Shown here: piece after piece, positions 26,830 through 35,973 of the stretch
Layout of the letters: each line of letters opens with the position of its first letter
How positions within the stretch are numbered: position 1 is the first letter of the stretch
Source: Gemmatimonadota bacterium
Lineage (GTDB): Bacteria; Gemmatimonadota; Gemmatimonadetes; Gemmatimonadales; GWC2-71-9
Assembly (NCBI GenBank): GCA_003222085.1
Contig: QHUK01000048.1
Coordinates: 1,460 to 65,459, forward strand
Direction of reading: 5' to 3'
Length of the DNA: 64,000 bases
Position numbers and translations under genes: made by a program
The notes under the pieces: model-generated
The model's input: only the letters and a program-made list of their open reading frames with translations
The model's database searches: none
What the model was told of the DNA's origin: nothing

Positions 26830-29800
26830 GTCGCGCTCGCCGGCTGCGCGACCACCATCGCCGCCGCCGAGTGGCTGCACGGGAGCGCGCCGGGCTGGGC
26901 GTGGGCGGCGGGCGCGGCCAGCATCGCGGTCACGCTGCTCGCGATTAGGACGTCCCACCGGCCTCCCGCCCTCCGGCTGGCGGGCCTGGCGGCCCTGGCG
27001 CTCGCCTGCCTGAGCCTCGGCGCCACGCTGGTGCGCGGGGTGCTGCAGGTGCAGCGCATCGAGTGCTGCTGGCCTGAGGTGCGGGAAGGGCGGCTGCCGC
27101 GGGACTCCTCCGAGCTTAAGGGTGCACTGGCCGCCGCCGTCGCCGAGGCGCGGCGGCTCGCGGAGCGCGGCGTGACGGCGGCGTTGCTGCCCCGCGAGGC
27201 CGCCTTCGAGCGCGTGCGGGACGCCATGCACTCCGGGTCGCGGACACCGGGCGTGGAGCGGGGCGTGGTGATCCTCGCGCCCGACGGCGAGCCCGTCGCC
27301 TGGGCGGGTCGCCACCGGTTCGTTCCCGCGCGGGACACCGCGGAGCTGCGCGCCGTCATCACACCATTCTACGTGTCGCTGGAGGCCCGCCGCCAGACGC
27401 AGGGCGGCGGCAGCGCGGTCGGAACGGTACTGCTGGATGCGGTGCCGGCGGCGCCGGATCGGAGCCGCGCGGTGAGCGCCCGGCTCGAGGACGCCTACGG
27501 CGTGGCCCTGCGCTTCTACACACCCGGCCTCGCGCCGGACGACCCGGATGTGTTCGACTACTGCCCGATCTCCTGCGAGCACGGCGACACCCTGTTCAGC
27601 GTCCAGCCCGTGGCGCCCGCCCAGGGTGACGCGAAGCTCGCCGCGCTGCGGGGCGTGACCGAGCGGGCCGCGATCGCCCTCGTCGCCGCGCTGCTGCTGG
27701 CGTGCCTTGTCGCGCCACGCGGCCGCTGGCGCTGGCTCGTCGTGCTCGTGGCCGCGTGGTGCATGGCCCGCGCGCCGATCGGCTACTCCCTGCACATGGC
27801 GGAGCAGTTCTCCCCCGCGCTGTTCTACCGCTCCATGCTCGGGGTGTTCAGCGCGTCGGCCGGCGCCCTCACGGTGCTCGGCGTGGTGGCGCTCTGCGCC
27901 GCCAGCGTGCTGTGGCGGCGGGGGCTCGCGCGGCGCTGGTGGAACGTCGTCGGCGCGGCCGGGCTGGTGCTCGCGGCGCCGTTCCTCGTGCGCTATCTCG
28001 GCCGCGGCATCGCGCCGCCGGCGGGCGGCGTGGGGTTCGCGTTGTGGATGTCGTGGGAGGCGGCCGTCGCCACCGCCGCGATGGCGCTGGTGCTCACCGC
28101 CGCGGCGCTGGTCCGCGGCGCGCGCGACCCGCATCGCGTCCCCTGGACGCTCCCCGCGGCGTGCGCGTGGGCGGCCGGCGCCGCGCTGGCGGGGCTGTGG
28201 CTGTGGAGTCCGTACGGTGCCTGGCCCGACTGGTACACCTTCGCGTGGCTTCCCGCACTAGTCGGCGTGCTCGTGCCGGCGCCGCGTCGCTGGGCCGTGC
28301 TGGGCATCGCGACCGTGGCCGGCACCGCCGCCGCCCTCGTCACGTGGGGTGCCGCGGTGGAAGGTCGCCTCGGGCTCGCCGAGCGGGACGTTCAGGGACT
28401 GGGCGGCGCGGCCGATCCCCGCGCGGTGTCGTTGCTCGAGCGGCTCGGGCGGGACCCGCCCGCCGAGGCGCCACGGACTCCGGGTGAGCTGTACGCGTGG
28501 TGGCTGGCGTCGCCGCTCGCCGAAGACGACTATCCGGCGAGCCTCGCGCTCTGGACTCCCGCGGGGGAGCCGGAAGCGGAGATCCGCTTGGCGAGCGTGG
28601 ACCTCCCGCCGTCGCTGATGGCGGCGCTCGTCCGCTCGCCCGAGACCGCGCGCGGCCCGCGGGTCGAACGGTTGGATCGGAACTACGGCGTTCACTACGT
28701 GCTCGTGCTGCCGCTCGGGGGAGGCGCCGAGGTGCTGACGGTGGGTGTGGGGCCGCGCACCCGACTCATCCCGGCGGCGCGCGTCGCCCGGTTCCTGCAG
28801 GGGGCGGCCAGCGTCCAGCCCCCCTACCAAATCACGCTGTCGCCGCCCGTGCCGGCGCCGGCCACCGCGAGCGCCCGGGTGATCTGGACGCGGACCGGCT
28901 GGTCGACGCGGGGGGAGCGCCGCCTCGAGTTGCCGGACGGCGTACACCACGTGCATCTGACGGTCGACCTGCGGGATCCGTGGGCGTTGCTCGTCCGCGG
29001 CGTTCTGGTCGTCGTCGGGGACGCGGGCGCCCTCGCCGCCTGCTGGCTCGTGAGCCTCCTCCTCGCCGGCGGGTGGCGGCCGCGTCTGCCGCCGGTCATG
29101 GCCGCGCTGCGCACCAGCTATCGCGTGCGACTCGCCGCGGCCCTCAGCGCCTTCGTCGTGCTGCCGGTGCTGCTGTTCGCCCTGTGGAGCTTCGCCCGGC
29201 TGGGCGACGAGGCGCGGCGGGCGGGCGATCTGCTCATCAGCCAGACGCTGCGCGATGCGGCGGCTACCGCGGGGACGTTGGTCTCGGACCGCCCCGGCGC
29301 GGTCGCGCGATCCATTGCGGAGCTCGGCGAGCGGCTCGACGCCGACCTGTGGTTGTTCCGCGACGGGGTGCTCGCCGGCACGAGCGCGCCCGTGCTGGGG
29401 GAGCTCGGCCTGGTCGATCCGTTTCTCGCACCGGACGCGTTTGTGCGCCTGGCGCTCCGGGACGACCTCGAGCTCACCGCTGACGGCCGTACGGCCGGCC
29501 GCTCGATTCGCGTCGGGTACCTGGTCGTCCGCTCGGAGTCACCGCAGGGCCAGGAGATCCTGGCCGCCCCGCAGCTGCTGGACGACGAGCGCGTCCGGCA
29601 GCAGCAGGAGGACCTCGCGCTCGCGCTCATCCTCGCGACGCTGGCGGGGCTCGTGGCCGCCGTATATCTGGCGGGACTCGCCGCGCGTGGACTCGCGCGC
29701 CCGGTCGCCGCGCTGCGCGACGCCGCGGGCGCGGTCGGGCGCGGCGCTCCGCTGCCGTCATTCCCGCCGGGGGCGCCACGCGAGTTCGAGCCCGTGATTT

Positions 29801-30873
29801 CGGCGTTCGAGCGCATGGCGGCGGATGTGACGCGCAGCCAGGGCGCGCTCGAGGAGGCGCGGCGGCGGACCGCGCAGGTGCTCGCGAACGTGGCCACCGG
29901 GGTCATCGCGGTGGACGACGGGCTTCGCGTCACCATGGCAAACCCTCGCGCGGCGGAGTTGTTGGGGGCGCCCCTCTCCCCCGGCGACCTCCTGGCGCAA
30001 GCCGCGCCGGCGGAGTGGCTCTCCGTATGGAGCGCCGTGCGGGAGTTCCTCGACGGTGCGACCGAAGGCATCGTGGAGCGCGAGTTCGCCGTGGGCGCGC
30101 GTCAGATCCGCGTGCAGCTCGCGTCCTTGGGTCCGGCGCCCGACGGCTGCGTCGTGGCGCTCGACGACGCGACCGCCCTCACCCGCGCGGCCCGCGTGCT
30201 CGCCTGGGGCGAGATGGCGCGGCAGGTGGCACACGAGATCAAGAATCCCCTCACTCCGATCCGGCTCGGCATCCAGCACCTCCAGCGCGCGCGCGACAAG
30301 AAGGACGGCCGGGATTTCGACGCGACGCTGGCGGAGACGGCCGGCCGGATCCTGGCCGAAATCGACCGGCTGGACGCGATCGCGCGCGCGTTCTCCCGCT
30401 TCGCATCGCCGGCGGCGGAGGCGCTCCCGCTCGAGCCCGTCGACGTCCATGCCGTGGCGCGCGAGGTCGTGCACCTGTACACGCTCGGCGCTGCCGTGGC
30501 GGAGACCACGATCGAGCTCATGGGTGCGCCCGGCGCGCCCGCGTCCGCCCGGCGAGACGAAGTGAAGGAGGTCCTCATCAACCTGCTCGAGAACGCCCGC
30601 AATGCGGGCGCCCGGCGCGTGACGGTACGTGTCTCGGAGGACGGGTGCGGGCTCGCCGTGGAGGACGACGGCCGCGGCATCGCCCCCGACATCCTCCCGC
30701 GCGTCTTCGATCCGGCGTTTTCCACCACGTCGAGCGGATCCGGCCTGGGGCTCGCGATCGCGCGGCGGCTGGTCGAGAGCTGGGGCGGGACCATCGGCTT
30801 GACGAGCGTGCAGGGGCGGGGCACGACGGTCACGATCCGGTTCCAGGGGTCGCCGTCCCGCCCCGGTACGTGA
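26812..30873 (+). CDS. Very large multi-TM NtrY-like sensor histidine kinase (about 1350 aa; HAMP, PAS-like, HisKA, HATPase)
   Basis: WGEMARQVAHEIKNPLTPI H-box, INLLENA N-box, VEDDGRGI, GSGLGLAI; many hydrophobic helices in the N-terminal region; start approximate. Confidence 0.88.
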   Translation: MQRRAHVALAGCATTIAAAEWLHGSAPGWAWAAGAASIAVTLLAIRTSHRPPALRLAGLAALALACLSLGATLVRGVLQVQRIECCWPEVREGRLPRDSSELKGALAAAVAEARRLAERGVTAALLPREAAFERVRDAMHSGSRTPGVERGVVILAPDGEPVAWAGRHRFVPARDTAELRAVITPFYVSLEARRQTQGGGSAVGTVLLDAVPAAPDRSRAVSARLEDAYGVALRFYTPGLAPDDPDVFDYCPISCEHGDTLFSVQPVAPAQGDAKLAALRGVTERAAIALVAALLLACLVAPRGRWRWLVVLVAAWCMARAPIGYSLHMAEQFSPALFYRSMLGVFSASAGALTVLGVVALCAASVLWRRGLARRWWNVVGAAGLVLAAPFLVRYLGRGIAPPAGGVGFALWMSWEAAVATAAMALVLTAAALVRGARDPHRVPWTLPAACAWAAGAALAGLWLWSPYGAWPDWYTFAWLPALVGVLVPAPRRWAVLGIATVAGTAAALVTWGAAVEGRLGLAERDVQGLGGAADPRAVSLLERLGRDPPAEAPRTPGELYAWWLASPLAEDDYPASLALWTPAGEPEAEIRLASVDLPPSLMAALVRSPETARGPRVERLDRNYGVHYVLVLPLGGGAEVLTVGVGPRTRLIPAARVARFLQGAASVQPPYQITLSPPVPAPATASARVIWTRTGWSTRGERRLELPDGVHHVHLTVDLRDPWALLVRGVLVVVGDAGALAACWLVSLLLAGGWRPRLPPVMAALRTSYRVRLAAALSAFVVLPVLLFALWSFARLGDEARRAGDLLISQTLRDAAATAGTLVSDRPGAVARSIAELGERLDADLWLFRDGVLAGTSAPVLGELGLVDPFLAPDAFVRLALRDDLELTADGRTAGRSIRVGYLVVRSESPQGQEILAAPQLLDDERVRQQQEDLALALILATLAGLVAAVYLAGLAARGLARPVAALRDAAGAVGRGAPLPSFPPGAPREFEPVISAFERMAADVTRSQGALEEARRRTAQVLANVATGVIAVDDGLRVTMANPRAAELLGAPLSPGDLLAQAAPAEWLSVWSAVREFLDGATEGIVEREFAVGARQIRVQLASLGPAPDGCVVALDDATALTRAARVLAWGEMARQVAHEIKNPLTPIRLGIQHLQRARDKKDGRDFDATLAETAGRILAEIDRLDAIARAFSRFASPAAEALPLEPVDVHAVAREVVHLYTLGAAVAETTIELMGAPGAPASARRDEVKEVLINLLENARNAGARRVTVRVSEDGCGLAVEDDGRGIAPDILPRVFDPAFSTTSSGSGLGLAIARRLVESWGGTIGLTSVQGRGTTVTIRFQGSPSRPGT

Positions 30874-30934
30874 CGGGGCTCACGTCCGCCCCGGGCGGAA
30901 ATGTCGATCATTCACCCACTTCACGGGGAGCATC

Positions 30935-32302
30935 GTGCGCATACTCGTCGTGGGCTTGGGGCTGGTGGTTCTGGTCGGCGGCGCCGCGGCGCCGGCGACG
31001 GCGCAGTGGCTCGTGACCGACGCGCGCCGGATCGGGATGGGCGGGCTGAGCCTCGGTCGCTCCGGCAGCCTCGTCCGCTACAATCCGGCGTATCGGGCGG
31101 TGCAGGCCCGGGCGGACCGCCGGGGCCAGCCGAAGGTGACGATCCCGATCCCGCTCGGGATCATTCAGTTTCTCCACGACCACCCGCATCTCTCCAGTGA
31201 CCCGGCCTTCGATCCGAAGTCGCGGGGTTTCAATCCGATCCTCGTGGTGAATACGATACTCAACCTGCCGCTCTATCTCGAAGTGAAAAAGGCCCCGACG
31301 CCGACCAACGACGTCGCCTTCGTCATCGGCGAGGACTCATTGATGGTGAACCTGGGCCTCGCGGCGAGCCTCGTTCCGGAGGATCAGTTCGGCATCAGCG
31401 GCTCCAGTCGCCCGTTCGCCCCGGGTTTCGGATTCAAGGGTGTGCGGGTGGGGGTCATGGGGTGGGTGCACGACGACGTCGAATTTCAGCTCGGTGACAC
31501 GCTGCTCGGCTTCCTGCGAGATTCGCAGCCCGCGCGACACAACACGCGGTACAGCGCGTTGGTGCACGGCCTGGTGGAAGGGGGCTTCGCCCCGACCGTC
31601 AGCTATGCCGGGCGGATCGCAGGCGACTCGACGCAGGGGTTCTATGCGGGCGGCGCGGTCCACTACTATGTGGGCGTGGGCTACGCGCGGACCGACGGCG
31701 ACGCGGGCTTCATCACCGGAAACACGATTTTCGGCGGCTCGAACCCCGTGACGCCCGACGGGCGGGCCCTGACGCAGTACTCGAAGCCGGGGAACACCTT
31801 CGGCCACGGCGTCGGTGGCGACATCGGCGTCGCCTGGGTCTCCGGGCCGATCGAGCTCGGCGTCGGGGTGAACGACATCGGCGCGACGATCACCTGGCCC
31901 GACACGCGCCAGGATAGCGCCTACTACAGGGATTCGACCGCCGCGGGGAACGGCTCTATCGTCAGCTACTCGGTGCCCATCGCGAATCATCGGGAGACGA
32001 AGACCAAATTGCCCGTGGCCTATATCGCGAACGTGGCGTATACGGTCGGCAACACGACACTCGGAGCGGACCTGCTGAACACCGGGCGCGGCGGCGTCGT
32101 CCACGTGGGCGGCGAGCAGCGGATCGGCCTGTTCGCGGTGCGCGGCGGGGTGGCGCGCGACCAGCGGAAACGGATCGAGTTCGGGTTTGGCGGAGGGTTG
32201 CGATTCGGCGGGCTCGGTCTCGACGTAGGCTTCTGGACGCACACCAACTCGTTGTCCAACGAGCGCGGCATCACGATGGCGACGTCGCTCTCGATTTATT
32301 AG
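30935..32302 (+). CDS. Putative outer-membrane beta-barrel protein
   Basis: Signal peptide ATA-Q; DARRIGMGG N-terminal motif typical of FadL/PorV-like barrels; alternating Gly/aromatic strands; C-terminal Tyr. Confidence 0.7.
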   Translation: MRILVVGLGLVVLVGGAAAPATAQWLVTDARRIGMGGLSLGRSGSLVRYNPAYRAVQARADRRGQPKVTIPIPLGIIQFLHDHPHLSSDPAFDPKSRGFNPILVVNTILNLPLYLEVKKAPTPTNDVAFVIGEDSLMVNLGLAASLVPEDQFGISGSSRPFAPGFGFKGVRVGVMGWVHDDVEFQLGDTLLGFLRDSQPARHNTRYSALVHGLVEGGFAPTVSYAGRIAGDSTQGFYAGGAVHYYVGVGYARTDGDAGFITGNTIFGGSNPVTPDGRALTQYSKPGNTFGHGVGGDIGVAWVSGPIELGVGVNDIGATITWPDTRQDSAYYRDSTAAGNGSIVSYSVPIANHRETKTKLPVAYIANVAYTVGNTTLGADLLNTGRGGVVHVGGEQRIGLFAVRGGVARDQRKRIEFGFGGGLRFGGLGLDVGFWTHTNSLSNERGITMATSLSIY

Positions 32303-32310
32303 GAGGTAGG

Positions 32311-32856
32311 ATGCGAGCGAAGTGGCTCTGGGTCGTGGCGCTGAGCGCGGCGGCGGCCGGCTGCGGGGAAGGGCGTGCGATCTTCGACATCGACGTCTTC
32401 AGCTTCCTCAGCGCCGCGAACGCGGCCTCGCTGCCGTATTTCGGGCCGCTGCCCCCCGGCGTCCCGGACACGATCCCGGTGCAGACCGTGAACTCGCTCG
32501 GAATCGGTGGCTCGTCCATCGTGGACACGGTTCGGCTGACCGGCACCGTCGACTTCGAGAACGCCACCGGCACGGGCAGTGTGAGCTTCCAGGTCTATTT
32601 CGACACGGTCAAGAGCACGGTGTACACCGGAGCGCCGGCGTTCAGCGTGAGCGGCGCGGTCACTCCCGGTGCGACGACCACCAGCCCGTTCGACATTCCG
32701 AATCTCCCGGACGCCCTGAAGCCGTTCTTCCTCGCCTCGACGGTGTACGTGGGCATCAGGGCGTCCGCCACCGGCACGATACAGGGAACCGCGAAGCTCA
32801 CCGCGTTGCGGGCGAGAATCGTCATACAAGATAAAATCTTCGACGTCGTTCCGTGA
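32311..32856 (+). CDS. Hypothetical lipoprotein
   Basis: RBS AGGAGG; lipobox AAAG-C; beta-rich. Confidence 0.8.
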   Translation: MRAKWLWVVALSAAAAGCGEGRAIFDIDVFSFLSAANAASLPYFGPLPPGVPDTIPVQTVNSLGIGGSSIVDTVRLTGTVDFENATGTGSVSFQVYFDTVKSTVYTGAPAFSVSGAVTPGATTTSPFDIPNLPDALKPFFLASTVYVGIRASATGTIQGTAKLTALRARIVIQDKIFDVVP

Positions 32857-32880
32857 CGTAGTTGGCTTTATATTAGACGC

Positions 32881-34110
32881 GTGGACTCTCAGCGGAGACA
32901 AACCGTCGTCGTCGATGTAGGCGGCGTGAAGGTAGGCGGCACCCACCCGATCGTCGTCCAGTCGATGACCAACACCGATACCGCCGACGTGGACGCGACG
33001 GCGTCGCAGGTGCGCGCGTTGCACGAGGCGGGCAGCGAGCTGGTGCGGGTGACGGTCAACAACGAAGCCGCTGCCGAGGCGGTGCCGGGCATCGTGGCCC
33101 GCGTGGCTGTGCCGGTGATCGGCGACTTCCACTACAACGGCCACCTGCTGCTCACCAAGTATCCCAAGTGCGCGGCCGCGCTCGCCAAGTACCGCATCAA
33201 TCCCGGAAACGTCGGCGCGAAGCGGCGCGACGAAAATTTCCGCACGATCATCGAGATCGCCCTCGCGCACGGCAAGCCGGTGCGCATCGGGGTCAACTGG
33301 GGGAGTCTCGACCAGCAGCTCCTCACCGAAATGATGGACGCCAACGCCCGTCGGTCGGATCCGCTGGACGCGCGGGCGGTGATGATCGAAGCCATGTTGG
33401 CGAGCGCGCTGCGATCGGCCGAGCTGGCCGAGGAATGCGGGCTGCCCCATGACCGCATCATCCTCTCGGCCAAAGTGTCGGGCGTACAGGATCTGGTGGA
33501 CGTGTACCGGCGGCTGGCGCGGCGCTCCGACTACCCGCTGCACCTCGGACTGACCGAGGCCGGGATGGGCGCGAAGGGCATCATCGCCAGCACGGCGGGT
33601 CTATCGATCCTGCTGCAGGAGGGAATCGGCGACACGATCCGCGTGTCCCTCACGCCGCGGCCCGGCGGACACCGGACCGAGGAGGTGCAGGTGGCGCAGC
33701 AGGTGCTCCAGTCGCTGGGCCTGCGGAGCTTTACGCCGCAGGTCTCCGCGTGTCCGGGCTGCGGTCGCACCACTTCCACGTTTTTCCAGGAAATGGCCGA
33801 GGACATTCAGACGCATCTGAAAGCGCAGATGGCCGCATGGCGCGAGCGGTATCCGGGGGTGGAGGCGCTCCGCGTCGCCGTGATGGGGTGCGTCGTGAAC
33901 GGCCCCGGCGAATCGAAGCACGCGGACATCGGCATCTCGCTGCCGGGGACGTTCGAGGAGCCCAAGGCCCCGGTATACGTGGACGGCAAGCTCAAGGTGA
34001 CGCTCAAAGGCGATTCGATCGTCGCGGAATTCTTGAAGATTCTGGAGGAGTACGTCGAAGCCCGTTACGGGGCCTCACTCCCTGTCCCAGGCGACCTCAT
34101 CTCTCGCTAG
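32881..34110 (+). CDS. ispG: (E)-4-hydroxy-3-methylbut-2-enyl-diphosphate synthase
   Basis: [63 protein letters not shown]. Confidence 0.96.
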   Translation: MDSQRRQTVVVDVGGVKVGGTHPIVVQSMTNTDTADVDATASQVRALHEAGSELVRVTVNNEAAAEAVPGIVARVAVPVIGDFHYNGHLLLTKYPKCAAALAKYRINPGNVGAKRRDENFRTIIEIALAHGKPVRIGVNWGSLDQQLLTEMMDANARRSDPLDARAVMIEAMLASALRSAELAEECGLPHDRIILSAKVSGVQDLVDVYRRLARRSDYPLHLGLTEAGMGAKGIIASTAGLSILLQEGIGDTIRVSLTPRPGGHRTEEVQVAQQVLQSLGLRSFTPQVSACPGCGRTTSTFFQEMAEDIQTHLKAQMAAWRERYPGVEALRVAVMGCVVNGPGESKHADIGISLPGTFEEPKAPVYVDGKLKVTLKGDSIVAEFLKILEEYVEARYGASLPVPGDLISR

Positions 34111-34442
34111 CCAATCCGGCTCCCCAGCGGCACCTCGCGCTCGGGATGCACCAGCACGATGTCCCCGTCACCCAGCACCACGCCGAGCGTCAGCACTTCG
34201 GAGAAAAAGTTCGCAATCTGGCGCGGCGGGAAGTTTACCACCGCCAGCACCAGCTTCCCCACCAGATCGGCCGTGTCGTAGTACTTCGTGATTTGCGCGC
34301 TCGAGCTTTTCACGCCGAGCTCGCCGAAGTCGATGCGCAGCTGGTAGGCGGGCTTCTTCGCCTTGGGGAAGTCGGCGACGTGAACGATCCGACCTACGCG
34401 GATGTCGACCTTGGCGAAGTCGTCGTATGTGATGGGCGTCAT
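34107..34442 (-). CDS. csaA: tRNA-binding / export chaperone CsaA
   Basis: [40 protein letters not shown]. Confidence 0.92.
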   Translation of the reverse strand: MTPITYDDFAKVDIRVGRIVHVADFPKAKKPAYQLRIDFGELGVKSSSAQITKYYDTADLVGKLVLAVVNFPPRQIANFFSEVLTLGVVLGDGDIVLVHPEREVPLGSRIG

Positions 34443-34639
34443 GCCGCAATCTCAGTTCGGTCTCGGTCCATGTCGAGCATCACCTCCGACGCGAACGCTG
34501 CAGGTGTCGCGGCGGCGCAACGCGCATCGGCGTGTCCGGTGTCACGTGTCTTGCGCGGTCTTTGCCTTGCGTGATTTTTGCAAGGGATAGAACGTGCGCG
34601 CCGGTTGAAGGGTAGAAGACGCGCAAGAGGGTCTATACC

Positions 34640-35857
34640 ATGCGCAACAGAAAGGGAAGAGAGCGCGCGGCAGCAGTCGTGGCGGCCTTCTTGGCTCTCT
34701 ACGTGCTGGGCGCCGCCTGCCACTTCGATGCGCTGTTGGGTTCGGGAAGCAAGGGCAAGGGCGGGAGCGGGGGCGGGAGCGGGGGCGGGGGCGGGGGTGG
34801 TGGAGGGGGCGGTGGTGGAGGTGGCGGGGGCAATGGCGCTGCGCCCGGGCTCGCGTCCCTGGCACAACTGCGGAACGATTCCGTCACCCCGATCCCCACC
34901 GGCGGCTCCGCTCCCGAGCCGAGCATGGTCCTGGCCGCCGTGGTGCAGGACACGAACGCCGCCGCGACCCTGCGCTTGGAAGTGGAGGTACAGCCCGTCG
35001 GCACTGCCTTCCAGGACCAGACGACGGCAGTGAGCGATCCGGCGGTCGCCGGCACGCGCGCCTTCGTGTGGGTCGGCGGTCTCCAGGACAACACCGGCTA
35101 CCACTGGCAGGCGCGCGTCGTGGACGCCACGGCGGCTAGCGCGTGGGTGGCTTACGGCGGCAACGCCGAGAACGCGGCCGATGTGCGGGTCGCCCTCCCC
35201 GTCGCCGTCAACCACCTCGAGTTCACCCAGCCGCCTTCGACGACGACCGCCGGCGAGACGATGGCTCCAGTCGACGTCACGCTGAAGGACGGCCAAGGCA
35301 AGGTGATCACGAGCTTCACCGGCAACATCCATATCGACCTCTCTCCGGACGCGAATCCCGGGGGCGCCACCTTGGGGGGGCAGCAGGATGCCAACGCCAA
35401 GGCCGGTGTGGCGACGTTCTCCAACTTGATGATGACCAAGGCGGGGAGCGGATACCGGCTCGAGGCGACGGCGGATGGCGTCACCCCGGTCACCAGCGCC
35501 TCGTTCGGCGTTAACCCCGCGGCCTGGATCGATCCGAAGTTCATCGTAGAGCCGAGTAATACGACGCCGAACCGGGCCATAACGCCTGCCGTGAAGGTGG
35601 CAGTCATGGACCGTTTTGGGAACGTTGCCACGTCGTACCCGTACACCCTCTGGATGCAGATCGCTACCGACGGCAGCCCTGGGCGCAACGCGACTCTGGA
35701 CCAGAGCGGGAACGGGCGTGCCGCAACCGCTGGCATCGCGACGTTCGATAACCTCAAAATCGACCAGCTGGGCGTCGGGTACACCTTGTATGTTGCCGGC
35801 ACCGGGGTTCACCGCGCGGACAGCCAGTCTTTCGACGTCCTCGTCACCCTCCCGTAA
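34640..35857 (+). CDS. Surface lipoprotein with poly-Gly linker and Ig-like beta-sandwich repeats
   Basis: LGAA-C lipobox, Gly/Ser tract, two similar repeats (F..PS.T...V...D..G....GVATF.NL...G.GY.L). Confidence 0.75.
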   Translation: MRNRKGRERAAAVVAAFLALYVLGAACHFDALLGSGSKGKGGSGGGSGGGGGGGGGGGGGGGGGNGAAPGLASLAQLRNDSVTPIPTGGSAPEPSMVLAAVVQDTNAAATLRLEVEVQPVGTAFQDQTTAVSDPAVAGTRAFVWVGGLQDNTGYHWQARVVDATAASAWVAYGGNAENAADVRVALPVAVNHLEFTQPPSTTTAGETMAPVDVTLKDGQGKVITSFTGNIHIDLSPDANPGGATLGGQQDANAKAGVATFSNLMMTKAGSGYRLEATADGVTPVTSASFGVNPAAWIDPKFIVEPSNTTPNRAITPAVKVAVMDRFGNVATSYPYTLWMQIATDGSPGRNATLDQSGNGRAATAGIATFDNLKIDQLGVGYTLYVAGTGVHRADSQSFDVLVTLP

Positions 35858-35973
35858 GGTGTCTGAAGGCATGCCCATGCCCGGGGGCCTGGCAGGGGCG
35901 TTTCGCGCGATTCCGCCCCCCGCCGCGTGACTTCGCCTACCTCTCGTCCGCCTTCACGTCCTACCGTCTCCCC

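Noticed and set aside
34439-34600. Tail of a 479-aa minus-strand ORF overlapping the csaA start (…[15 protein letters not shown])
   Set aside because: Mostly antisense to the lipoprotein gene; the tail could be a remnant but no family was recognised.
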